Positions 29,346-41,254 of a DNA stretch of 64,000 nt are shown in pieces; the first letter of the stretch is position 1, and each line of letters begins with the position of its first letter. Below the pieces are notes generated by a model that was given only the letters and a program-made list of their open reading frames with translations, did not search any database and was not told the DNA's origin. A program made the translations under genes and the position numbers. Source of the DNA: Macrostomum lignano (Eukaryota); contig NIVC01000027.1 of NCBI GenBank assembly GCA_002269645.1, forward strand, positions 744,001 through 808,000, in the 5' to 3' direction.

Positions 29346-30109
29346 TGTCATCTATATAACTAATATATCTCTATACTTAACACTATTGAATCTATAAAGT
29401 TGTTTTATAAATCAATCAATCGATCGATCGATCGATACTGCCTCCTGCTTCATCTCCGACTCTTTCCCCCCCCCCTACTTGCGTCTTTTTCTTGTATCGA
29501 TGCGTGTTCCTTTTTTATTATATTATTATAACTGCTGTTCCTCACCTGCTTGCAGGCTTCCGTGTCTGCCTAGATTAACGCACCAGATTATCCTTCACAC
29601 CCGTTCCTCCCATCCTTTCGATCCCATCTGCATCGCTTCGCTTCGCAGATTTTCCCCATGAAGCGAAAGAAATTAATGACCCCAGCGGGGGGGGGGGTCC
29701 CGAAAATCTGGTGTCGGCAACTGAGGGTTTTTTCTCTACGATCTGTGTTTCTCTTCTCCTTTTTTCTGTCTTTTTCATATTGCTTGGACAAAAAAAGAGA
29801 CTGGTTAAAACCTGTGTCGCTTCTGAGGCGTGACCGGGCCCTAGTCGATCGCTTAGCCAGCAGAATTGCCTTCTCCTAACCAGCTCACCTGTTTCCATGA
29901 AATTTCACTGCTGTTTTGTGTTTATCAGTTTTGTCTCCCCCATCCCTGTTTACAATTGATTCTTTCAATTCTGATTTCAATTCGTGTGTCAGTCAGTCTT
30001 AATCGAAGAGGATAAGTGCCAGACATTTGGCGGAATTGTTATATAATTAGGACGCTTTTTTGAAATAGTTGTTCCTGAAAAAATGTTTCAATATTCGCCA
30101 TTCAAATGA

Positions 30110-30500
30110 TTTCCATGGGAGAACCGCCGCTCTTAAAAAATCTCACCGTGAGAATCTCCACTCTTAGAAAATCTCCCTGTGAGAATCGCCATTCTCAGGA
30201 TAAACTCCCTGTGCAAATCGCCACTCTCAAGGAATCTCCCTGTTAGAATCGCCACTCTCAAGGAATCTCCCTGTGCGTTTCGCCACTCTCAAGGAATCTC
30301 CCTGTGAGAATCGCCACTCTCAAGGAATCTTCCTGTGAGAATCGCTTCTCTCAGAGAATCTCACCATTAGAATTGCTACTCTTGGGATAAACTCCCAGTG
30401 AGAATCGCTGCTTCCAGATAATCTCATCATGAGAATCACCACTCCCAAAGAATTTCATCATGAGAATCAGAGATCAGAGATCTCTATGAGAGAATCGCCA
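30110..30500. repeat. Degenerate minisatellite of about 31 bp, TCF intron
   Basis: Unit GAGAATCGCCACTCTCAAGGAATCTCCCTGT. Confidence 0.8.
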
Positions 30501-31619
30501 TTCTCCAAATCTTTTTCTCTGGGTTGGGCTGATAAATCTTTTAGTAAATCTTTCTTTAGAGTCTTCGTCGGTACTGAAGTAGGTCGTCATTCGATTGAGA
30601 ATTGCTTTCTCAAGCCCTCACCTCTTATCAATCTTTAGTCAAGTCTGTCTGTACTTCCAATACTTATCCCGGAGGTTAAATAATGGGTTAGTTAGAAAAA
30701 TAGAAATATTATATGGCTCACGCGAATGAATACCTCAAAGACTGCAGGAGACAACAGGGGAAGTGAATTGAAGGAGATTCGCCCTCCGATAGCTATATAC
30801 TTCAAGATCTAGTTTTTTATGTGACTGACTTGGCTAGGCCTGGCTGAGAATGTGACGCTTGCGACAATAAAAGACTAAAGAATCTCGCCTTGGCTCTCTA
30901 CTGTTATTTGCTTTATTTGCGATCGTTAGAGAAGAAAATTGAAAACAATATCGATATCTCACCGAGGCTTCTTTTGTTTACTTTCTAAATTTTATTACTT
31001 TAGAAGAAAGAAAGAGGAAAATTCAGATTTTTTAAGTCGACTCAATTCTGAGACAGACTATAATCGAGTCCTGTCCAAACTCTTGTTTTTGACACTCTTT
31101 GTTCTCTCGAGATCTTTGTCCGCCGTAAGTTAAATAAGTCTCCCAAGTCTGGTGTCTTCTGAGTGGTGCATGTGCCGTACCTGTGTGTCTCCTCAATTGA
31201 ATTCGATGAGGTCAATTGGGTTTTTTATAATTATGTCCTGTGGAATGTCAATAAACCTTGAGTCGTTTGTTCTCAATCACGTTCCACGCTTTTATTCAAG
31301 TCAGCTTCCCTCCAGGACAAGAAATATTTCTGAGTTTTGAGTCCCTAGCACGCGTAAAAATTCCCTACGCATCAACGCATATTTTCAAGCAAGCCTCTCT
31401 ACAAATGCGAAACAAGCGATGGCTGTTGTGAATAAATTAGCATTAATACTGGGTACACCTGTTTAAGTACACCTGTATTTCTAAATGCTGAAATGAGAGC
31501 CAGAATTCATTGAAGAACCAAAGAGGCGGATGGTGAACAGAAGCAAGAAGTGTGTATGTGTGGGTGGTGAGTGTTTGTATTAGCTCAAAGTTAATTTCAT
31601 TTGCTGGATAGCTAGTTAA

Positions 31620-32040
31620 TAGTACCAGGAAACCAGTACCAGGGGACGCCAGAACCAGGGGAAACCAGTACCAGGGGACGCCAGTATCAGTGGACACCAG
31701 TACCAGGGGAAGCCAGTACCAGGGGGCGCCAGAACCAGGGGAAGCCAGTACCAGGGGACGCCAGAACCAGGGGGCGCCAGTACCAGGGGGCGCCAGTACC
31801 AGGGGGCGCCAGTACCAGGGGGCGCCAGAACCAGGGGACGCCAGAACCAGGGGACGCCAGAACCAGGGGCGCCAGTACAAGGGGCGCCAGTACCAGGGGA
31901 CGCCAGTACCAGGGGCGCCAAGTACCAGGGGGCGCCAGATCCAGGGGACGCTAGTACCAGGGGGCGCCAGTACCAGGGGGCGCCACTACCAGGGGCGCCA
32001 AGTACCAGGGGCGCCAGTACCAGGGGCGCTAGCGCCAAGG
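31620..32040. repeat. 16-17-bp minisatellite (GGCGCC/GACGCC core), TCF intron
   Basis: Unit AGTACCAGGGGGCGCC. Confidence 0.88.
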
Positions 32041-32784
32041 ACGTCAAAGCAACAATGCAAAGTGGCACTTTTACAGCCGCTTAAAGGAGGGCCCGTCCCC
32101 CTCTCGACCCCTCGCCCTACGACTACGACCTTGAAAGTGTGTAAAACGTAAAAAATAAAGAGCGCTAAGGTAAAAAGGTTAAGGTAACAAGTAATTTCAA
32201 TATAAATTCGACAGCAAAAGTCGAAAGTCGACTGCTGAATATCGGAAAAATATGACTGAAAATCAAATAATTCAGGGGGGGGGAGTAGCTTGAACACAGA
32301 AGGACGTGGGGGCAAGAAGTTGAAGGCGGCAGTCTTGCATGGATCGGCAACACAACTGGGGAGGGAAGCGCGAAAAAAAATTTGGGAGGAGAAAGAAAGC
32401 GCCAAGAGGCTCAGCATACCGCAGCCGAGCTGTCCCTCTTGTCTGTTACGCGTGATTGACAGCTGGCAGTACAATAGGAGCCTTGGCCGTCTTAGCCCCT
32501 AACTGACGCGTTGATAATGAGAAGGCGGACCGGCCAAGAAGGGGGGGGGGCGGAGCTCTGAGCGACTGAGTTTCTTGGCTTCTGTGGCCGCGCAGAGTTT
32601 GAGTAGCAAAAGCAGCTGAAGCTCTCGCATGGGTCTGAGAGGAGAGGCGGGGAGGAAAAGGCGCCAAATAAAAGCGGCCCAGCTATTGAGCTGCTCATTT
32701 TTATATTGAAACCTTGTTGAGAACAAGTGGCGGCCGGCTCAGTGCAGAGGAGCTACTAGATTTTTTTGTTTGCAGCTGCGCGTT

Positions 32785-33280
32785 TGAGGCATTGGCGTTG
32801 GATTGGAATTGCTTGCGCGCTTATTGAGAGGCATTGGCGTTGGATTGGAATTGCTTGCGCGCTTATTGAGAGGCATTGGCGTTGGATTGGAATTGCTTGC
32901 GCGCTTATTGAGAGGCATTGGCGTTGGATTGGAATTGCTTGCGCGCTTATTGAGAGGCATTGGCGTTGGATTGGAATTGCTTGCGCGCTTATTGAGAGGC
33001 ATTGGCGTTGGATTGGAATTGCTTGCGCGCTTATTGAGAGGCAATGGCGTTGGATTGGAATTGCTTGCGCGCTTATTGAGAGGCATTGGCGTTGGATTGG
33101 AATTACTTGCGCGCTTATTGAGAGGCATTGGCGTTGGATTGGAATTACTTGCGCGCTTATTGAGAGGCAATGGCGTTGGATTGGAATTACTTGCGCGCTT
33201 ATTGAGAGGCAATGGCGTTGGATTGGAATTGCTTGCGCGCTTATTGAGAGGCATTGGCGTTGGATTGGAATTGCTTGCGC
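32785..33280. repeat. 39-bp minisatellite, TCF intron
   Basis: Unit GAGGCATTGGCGTTGGATTGGAATTGCTTGCGCGCTTATTG (approximate); 13-codon periodicity in the ORF track. Confidence 0.93.
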
Positions 33281-33914
33281 GTTTGTGTCGCTAACTATTC
33301 GTACTGCTAAAATTGTATCAGAATCACCTATGCTTGGCAGGTGTTATTAAGAGTTCAGGACGTGTGAGAAAAGCCGCAGTCCAATGCAAGCTTCTGTGAG
33401 CCTCCCCGTATGCTCGATGGCGCCACTGAGTGATTCAATAAGCAGGAAATTTCGTCGGCTGGCAACAACTAATAAATTCTGCCGGGAAATTTCAAGTCGT
33501 CTGTCCGTCCGTAGCTTCGGCTTTTAAAAGAGACGGGGGAGCTAGTGAGAGAGAGAGAGAGAGCGAGAGACGGTGTGCAGGCAGTTTTTCCAAACTTGGC
33601 CACTTGGCCGATGTCGGGCGGACGCTGGGAGGCGGGTCTCCCCGCTGACTGACAGCCAACTCGCTTTTGGCTTTCGGCGGGAAAAGGAGGCCGGTTGCGT
33701 GACTCGGCCGCTCTCGCTTCTCTATTCTGTTAGGCTGAGAGCACCTGTGTAGGCTGCGTTTGATTGACTGGGATGGGAGCTGAGTGTTGGACTGCTGTGA
33801 GGGCGCCTCGGCACCTTGGAGGAGCCCCGCTGCGTCCTTCCTGGGTCCGTCCGCTTCTCCAATATTAGCGACTTCTCACCGACTGTTCCAGTAGAGATAG
33901 ATGACTTCGCTACT

Positions 33915-34535
33915 CAGCTGTCCTGTGTCTGTCTAAGGTCTGATGGGACACCTCAGCATTCAGGTGCTCAGCTGTTATTTGTGTCTGTCTAAGGTCTGAT
34001 GGGACACCTGAGCATTCAGGTGCTCAGCTGTTATTTGTGTCTGTCTAAGGTCTGATGGGACACCTGAGCATTCAGGTGCTCAGCTGTTATTTGTGTCTGT
34101 CTAAGGTCTGATGGGACACCTGAGCATTCAGGTGCTCAGCTGTTATTTGTGTCTGTCTAAGGTCTGATGGGACACCTGAGCATTCAGTTGCTCAGCTGTT
34201 ATTTGTGTCTGTCTAAGGTCTGATGGGACACCTCAGCATTCAGGTGCTCAGCTGTTATTTGTGTCTGTCTAAGGTCTGATGGGACACCTCAGCATTCAGG
34301 TGCTCAGCTGTTATTTGTGTCTGTCTAAGGTCTGATGGGACACCTGAGCATTCAGGTGCTCAGCTTTTATTTGTGTCTGTCTAAGGTCTGATGGGACACC
34401 TGAGCATTCAGGTGCTCAGCTGTTATTTGTGTCTGTCTAAGGTCTGATGGGACACCTGAGCATTCAGGTGCTCAGCTGTTATTTGTGTCTGTCTAAGGTC
34501 TGATGGGACACCTCAGCATTCAGGTGCTCAGCTGC
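33915..34535. repeat. 56-bp minisatellite, about 11 copies, TCF intron
   Basis: Unit CTCAGCTGTTATTTGTGTCTGTCTAAGGTCTGATGGGACACCTGAGCATTCAGGTG. Confidence 0.95.
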
Positions 34536-35449
34536 TCAGAGAATTCCTGACTCAGAAATTCAGTCAGTTGCATGTGAGCATCTCATCCATTAACCGTCGA
34601 TTGCAAAAAGACAAAAGTGACTGAGGTTCAGTTTGATTATAATTAGAAATATAAAAAATAGATTGCATGCGTGCCAACCCGCTGTGCTTCGCTCTTGTGT
34701 ATTGGTGCTCCACCCATAGTTTTCGCTTTGCAACTCCATTGATTTCTTTCGCCTGTTATCAATGAGCGAATCTTTAAGTCAGTTTTATATTTTATAAAAC
34801 GCGTGTTGATTTTTCCATCCATCCAGCCTCTTTGTGCTGCTTTGTCTCTCAATGCTATTTACCTGGTGCCAAGATGAACGTGGGAACGGCGACGGTCTGC
34901 GATCTAGATAGACAGATCCCCGCCAGATTGATAGCCCATCGATTTCGATGCACTGGGTGCGTTGCGTGTCAGCCTACAGGCTGGGTTGAACAACAAGTGC
35001 GCTCGAGTCTCCTGAGGTGTTGCTAACAGGCTGGTGGGGATGGGGGTGTGCTCTAGCACGCACTGTGTTTTATTAGAGCGCGAGGCGGACCATAATTGAG
35101 TCGCTCCACGTGTGCGGATATTTGAAAACATTTAGCTTTAAATACTGTCTAATAGAAGGTCTACTATTCAGGGTGAGCACAATGGATCAGTTGATAGAAG
35201 TATTGATTGATTATTACCCTGTTGTTGCTGGGATGCTTTTTGAGCGAATAATGATGGCTTTGAGTCGGTCTGCAACTTAGAATTGAGCATATGAGAGTGC
35301 GCTTTCTTCACACCCTAATTGCCTTGGGTTCAATATGGTTCATGTGAAGTGTTTTTTAATAAGCTGGAATTTGGGCCCAACGAGAAAGGCGTTTATTTGC
35401 TCTGCGTTCTGGGAGTGTCTAGGGATCTGGGAGGGTGTCTCAGTCTGAG

Positions 35450-35780
35450 TAGCTGGGAGGCTGACCCAGCAGCTCAGGTTATGGGAGGCTGGCCCAGCAA
35501 CTGAGGATCTTGGAAGCTGGCTCAGCAACTGAGGATCTGGGAGGCTGGACCAGCAACTAAGGATCTGGGAGGCTGGCCCAGCAACTGAGGATCTGGGAGG
35601 CTGGCCCAGCAACTGAGGATCTGGGAGGCTGGCCCAGCTACTGAGGATCTTGGAGGCTGGTGGCCCAGCAACTGAGGATCTGGGAGGCTGGCCCAGCTAC
35701 TGAGGATCTGGGAGGCTGGCCCAGCAACTGAGGATCTGGGAGGCTGGCCCAGCTACTGAGGATATGGGAGGCTGGACCAG
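35450..35780. repeat. 28-bp minisatellite ending about 55 bp before the TCF exon 2 acceptor
   Basis: Unit GCAACTGAGGATCTGGGAGGCTGGCCCA. Confidence 0.9.
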
Positions 35781-35835
35781 CCACCGAGGATCCCTAACTA
35801 AACTGAACCCCAACCCTCCCAATTCCGCACCGCAG

Positions 35836-37001
35836 GCCGTTCGCACCAGCAGCACAACCCCGCAGCGGTCTCCAGTCCCCTCAGCAACGGCGGCCATGGG
35901 CATCATCAGCCTCATCATCAACAGCAGCATCCACAGCCGCAGGCGCAGCAGCATTCGATGGCTTTACCGCAGAGCAACCGACTGCTGTCTCCAGTTGCCA
36001 GTCAGCAGCAGTCGCAGTACCGCAGTGCCGCAGCAGGTCGAGGCGGCGGCGGCCCCACTTCCAAGCCGACCAATCACGTGAAGAAGCCGCTAAACGCTTT
36101 CATGATCTTCATGAAGGAGCAGCGACCCGTGGTGGTGGCCGAGTGCACCCTGAAAGAGTCGGCAGCGATCAACCAGATCCTGGGCAGGAAGTGGCACTCG
36201 CTGAGTCGCGATGAGCAGGCCAAATACTACGAGCTGGCCCGCAAAGAGAAGGAGCTGCACTCCAAGCTCTACCCGAACTGGTCGGCCAGAGAGAACTACG
36301 GCGGCGCGTCGAGAAAGAAGAAGAAAAAGAAGCTGGGCCTCGGTCTGGACGGCGACGCCAAGAACCTGGGCGCATCGGCCAAGAAGTGCCGGGCGGTGTA
36401 CGGTCTGGACCGGCAGGAGCTGTGGTGCAAGCCCTGCAAACGGAAGAAGAAATGCGTGAAGTTCGCGCCCGACTCTGACGATGGGGCAACTGCGGCGACG
36501 GCTCTCGGTGGCGCTGGCGGCGGCGCGATGGCCGCTTCTGGCGTCGGAGCGGCGGTGCTCATGCACCAGCTGCACCAGCACCAGCTGCACCAGCTCCAGC
36601 ATCAGCAGCTTCATCAGGACCAGCCTGAGCTGCAGCCGCCAAGGAAGAAATTCCGGCCCTTGGACAGCCGCCTCATCAGAGATGCTGAAGCTGATGACGA
36701 CCAGCTAGACGATGATGACTCCGATGATGATGGAGACGACGGTGATGAGGCTGAGGAAGATGCTGAGGCTGGTTTTGAGCAGTGCGACTCTGCGGATTTC
36801 GCCAGCGAGAGCCGGGAGGCTGAGGCGGCGGCCACGGCTGCTGCAGAGGCTGGCATAGTTGATGAAGAAGACTATGGCGACTATCAGGATGAAGCTGAGA
36901 ACTGCTCCCGAGAGGTGCATTCTGCGGGAGTCAAAATCGAGGCCGAGGATGTCAAGCCGATGTCGCCACCGCCTCAGTCAGCAGGAGCAGAAGAGGTTTA
37001 A
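35836..37001 (+). CDS. TCF: TCF/LEF coding exon 2: HMG box, basic tail, C-clamp, acidic tail
   Basis: Acceptor CCGCAG|GC, phase 1, with an open frame into the supplied ORF 35958-37001. [17 protein letters not shown]...[35 protein letters not shown] is a TCF-type HMG box, followed by RKKKKKK and [25 protein letters not shown]. Stop TAA at 36999-37001 overlaps an AATAAA. Confidence 0.95.
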
Positions 37002-37539
37002 TAAAATTACCGAATAGTTTCACCTGAAATCGAGCTTCGCTTTCTGTCCTTGACTGTACATAGCTGTTTTTATTATTACCAATGCTGATTTTATATTTAT
37101 ATTATTATATATAATCTATACACAATTATAAATGCCCAAATGCTGGATTTTCAACTCGTGTGTCAACCGCTATTATGTCTGCTATTGTTCACAGTTTTCA
37201 TACTTGTATTGTAGAACCGTTCTTTACCTGTTGCTGCTGCTGCCACATGGCATGCAGTGTCTGTAGAAACTCACAGCGCGAATGTGTGTAGCGGACAGTC
37301 CACACAGACAGACACAACACATACACTGTCATGTTTAGCGTATGTTTATATAGGTTTAAACTAATTTTTTTGGAAGTTATGTCAGCAGCAAAGCGAGCTT
37401 ATTCACTTACTTATTTAATACTTCATCTTTTATAGTTTTTCTTCTTTTCATTTTGTTTTTTTGTGTTTTTTTTCTTTTCGTTTGCTCATCTTTTGGCAGC
37501 GCAGGTCTCCGAGTTTTACGTTGATACCTCGTCTTTTCT

Positions 37540-37820
37540 CCCCTGCCCCTTCCCTCTCCCTCTCTGTCTCTCTTCCCCTCTTCCCCTCTCCTCTTCCCCT
37601 CTTCCCCTCTTCCCCTCTTCCCCTCTCCTCTTCCCCTCTTCCCCTCTCCTCTTCCCTTCTCCCCCTCTCCTCTTCCCCTCTTCCCCTCTCCTCTTCCCCT
37701 CTTCCCCTCTCCTCTTCCCCTCTTCCCCTCTCCTCTTCCCCTCTTCCCCTCTCCTCTTCCCCTCTTCCCCTCTCCTCTTCCCCTCTTCCCTTCCCTCTCT
37801 TCCCTTCTTTCCCCTCCTCC
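37540..37820. repeat. CT-rich array
   Basis: CTCTTCCCCTCTTCCCCTCTC units. Confidence 0.88.
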
Positions 37821-38629
37821 CATCTCCCAGTCTCAAGCGAGCTTATCCAGCCAGCAGAAGCCGAGCCGCTGTCACCCAGAGAGCCAGCGTCCTGTTTTCA
37901 GTCTCATAAAAAACTCATTTCTCAAGCCGATCGGCCCTGCGTCAGCTTAGCAAATAAACTGTGTGATTTTTAATGTAAGCAAATACTACTCGCTTGGCCA
38001 GTTGGTAGTAGCAAGTTGCGGGTATTTGTTCTATACTGTTTTCAACTGATCGAGCTTCTGTATAACAACTATTTGCAAGGCGGAACTGAGAGCGCATTAA
38101 TATCCCAATTTATCCCCAAAGCCAGAAGTACACTTGATCGAATTTCAGCTTCTGCCTGTCTGTCTGTCTGTCTGTCTGTCTCTTACTGTTTTCCCTGTTT
38201 TTGTGCAGCCCCAAATCTGTAAATTTTCTGTATTCATAAATGTGAATCGCTGTTCAAGGAACCCGCGCTGGTTTAAATTTTCTTTTGCAATTGCAAGATG
38301 AATGCAAATATAAATATTAAATAAATATGCATCCCCGATCTGATGATGCGTGCAAATTCAGACTGAGTATTGCGTGCCAAGGCATGCAGTGATGTGGTTT
38401 ATAGCTGAGTGCCATCTCTGCATTCGCTAGGTAGTTGTATGGAGAGCAGTGGATGAATTTTAGCTTAGTATATGAACTGTCACAGGTTCAGTGTTCAGTG
38501 CCTACTTGTAGTAGTAGTGATGATTAACTAATCCAGTCAGTTTAGTGCCTTACTTTGGCTTACTTGAGACAGCATGAATGGCTTGGTGATTTGGGAAATG
38601 CAGCATCTGCAGTGCAGGGCTCTTACTGC

Positions 38630-39640
38630 CTCTGCCCTCTCCCCGCCTCTGCCCCCTCTCCCCGCCTCTGCCCCTCTCCCCGCCTCTGCCCCTCTCCCCG
38701 CCTCTGTCCCCTCTCCCCGCCTCTGCCCCCTCTCCCCGCCTCTGTCCCCTCTCCCTGCCTCTGCCCCCTCTCCCCGCCTCTGCCCCTCTACCCGCCTCTG
38801 CCCCTTCTCCCCGCCTCTGCCCCCTCTCCCCGCCTCTTCCCCCTCTCCCCGCCTCTGCCCCCTCTCCCCGCCTCTGTCCCCTCTCCCCCGCCTCTCCCCC
38901 CTCTCCCCGCCTCTGCCCCCTCTCCCCGCCTCTGCCCCCTCTCCCCGCCTCTGCCCCTCTCCCCGCCTCTGCCACTCTCCCCGCCTCTGCCCCCTCTCCC
39001 CGCCTCTGCCCCTCTCCCCGCCTCTGCCCCTCTCCCCGCCTCTGCCCCTCTCCCCGCCTCTGCCCCTCTCCCCGCCTCTGCCCCCTCTCCCCGCCTCTGC
39101 CCCTCTCTCCGCCTCTGTCCCCTCTCCCCGCCTGATCTTCCCCCTCTCCCCGCCTCTGCCCCCTCTCCCCGCCTCTGCCCCTCTCCCCGCCTCTGCCCCC
39201 TCTCCCCGCCTCTGCCCCCTCTCCCCGCCTCTGCCCCTCTCCCCGCCTCTGCCCCTCTCCCCGCCTCTGCCCCCTCTCCCCGCCTCTGCCCCCTCTTCCC
39301 GCCTCTGCCCCCTCTCCCCGCCTCTGCCCCCTCTCTCCGCCTCTGTCCCCTCTCCCCGCCTGATCTTCCCCCTCTCCCCGCCTCTGCCCCTCTCCCCGCC
39401 TCTGCCCCCTCTCCCCGCCTCTGCCCCCTCTCCCCGCCTCTGCCCCCTCTTCCCGCCTCTGCCCCCTCTCCCCGCCTCTGCCCCTCTCCCCGCCTCTGCC
39501 CCCTCTCCCCGCCTCTGCCCCCTCTCCCCGCCTCTGCCCCTCTCCCCGCCTGATCTTCCCCCTCTCCCCGCCTCTGCCCCCTCTCCCCGCATCTTCCCCC
39601 TATCCCCGCCTGATCTGCCCCCTCTCCCCGCCTCAGCCTC
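38630..39640. repeat. C-rich 18-19-bp minisatellite
   Basis: Unit CTCTCCCCGCCTCTGCCC(C). Confidence 0.93.
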
Positions 39641-40779
39641 TCCTTACTCTCCTCTCTCCCCAGCACAATCCCTAACACTGTAAAACCAGCAGCACCTGTG
39701 TAAAGCTATTTGTTTGTTTTTTTGTTTGTCAGCAGAACCAAATTCTCAACCAGCAAGCTGTCGGGTTCCTTGTAAAGTACACTGAGTACTTGTTGATTCT
39801 CTGTTGCTAGCACAGTGTATCAGCTTTCATCCCCAAGTTTTTATTGTCAGATTCTGTGAGCAAAGATACTTCAGTGCCTGAATTTCCCCTGAGGCTAAAA
39901 TTTATTACAAATTTTCACAGAATTTTTCCCAACTTTTAATGTTTTACTGCCCCCATCGAACTGCCACCTGCCAATCACCTGGTGCCTAAAAGTACAAACT
40001 GATATTTGCCACAAAACTGTCTGTCCCGCACTAATTGATTGTCTTTGAAGTTTGCCGCCAGCAACTGTTGGAATTGCTGATCCCAGTCTCTCAAGCGAGC
40101 TTCGTACACAGACAGATTAGCAGTGCTCAGCCTTGGAAGGATTTTTATTAGTATATTTAGCGCTTATTGTATACATTTTCACTGCCTACTGGCCTTAGTA
40201 GTATCTATTGCGAGTTTGTGCCTATTCATAAATTCTATTGCTTTGGTACTTATTAGTGAATAAATAGTGAATCATATTGTGTGTTGAAGTTTTTAATTAA
40301 ATTTTTAACTTCTGGCTTACAGTGTGCACTTTTACAGGCTGACTTTACAGCACCTGGATTTTGTGCCCCATCTCTCAGTTTCTGTGGCTCTGCAGTGCTA
40401 GGCATTCTGGAGCTGCCTAATGGCTGTTTTTGTTAATTCTAATTCATTTGTTAATTGCTCTCACCTGGTGCCCTGACTAACTGGTTCAAGAGATAAAGTA
40501 CAGTGTGTACTTTCTGGTTTCTCTGGTGCACCTGAGACACCCTGTTTTTGTAGAGTGCATAGTTTAATTAGCTTATATTAAGTACTGAATATTTATAATT
40601 TAGCCCCAACAACATTTGAACTTTTGTTTTTTCAAATTGTTTGTTTTTTAATGAAAAATAAAATGAGGCCTTCGCTACGGAAAGTGAGCTGGTTTGGAGT
40701 TCCAGAGAGGCTCAGGTGGGCGATGAGCTCTGCTTGTTTCCAATGTCATTTCAGCAGCTGTGTGCTCAGGTAGTCAGTC

Positions 40780-41162
40780 AGGCAGTCAGTCAGTCAGTCA
40801 GTCAGTCAGGCAGTCAGTCAGTCAGTCAGTCAGTCAGTCAGGAAGTCAGTCAGTTAGTCAGTCAGTCAGTCAGTTAGTCAGTCAGGCAGTCAGTCAGTCA
40901 GTCAGTCAGTCAGTCAATCAGTCAGTCAGTCAGTCAGTCAGTCAGTCAGTCAGTCAGTCAGGCAGTCAGTCAGTCAGTCAGGCAGTCAGTCAGTCAGTCA
41001 GTCAGTCAGTCAGTCAGTCAGTCAGTCAGGAAGTCAGTCAGATAGTCAGTCAGTCAGTCAGTCAGTCAGTCAGTCAGTCAGTCAGTCAGTCAGTCAGTCA
41101 GTCAGGCAGTCAGTCAGTCAGTCAGGCAGTCAGTCAGTCAGTCAGTCAGTCAGTCAGTCAGT
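40780..41162. repeat. (CAGT)n microsatellite upstream of SVOP exon 1
   Basis: Direct reading. Confidence 0.95.
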
Positions 41163-41254
41163 GCCGCTCCCTCATCACTGCAGAGACAGCAGCCCTCAGC
41201 GACCCCCAGGCTGCCCAGGCTCGCCCTCAGTGCCACTCAGTGAGGCTGCAAAGC

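Noticed and set aside
33915-34535. Palindromic repeats (also 25495-26075 and 17490-18235) as CRISPR arrays
   Set aside because: Units are head-to-tail with no unique spacers, there are no cas genes, and the context is eukaryotic.
36655-36672. PLDSR in the TCF tail as a CtBP-binding motif
   Set aside because: It does not match PxDLS.
38537-39683. Pro-rich and Gly/Arg-rich long ORFs resembling extensin or collagen
   Set aside because: Low-complexity repeat translation.
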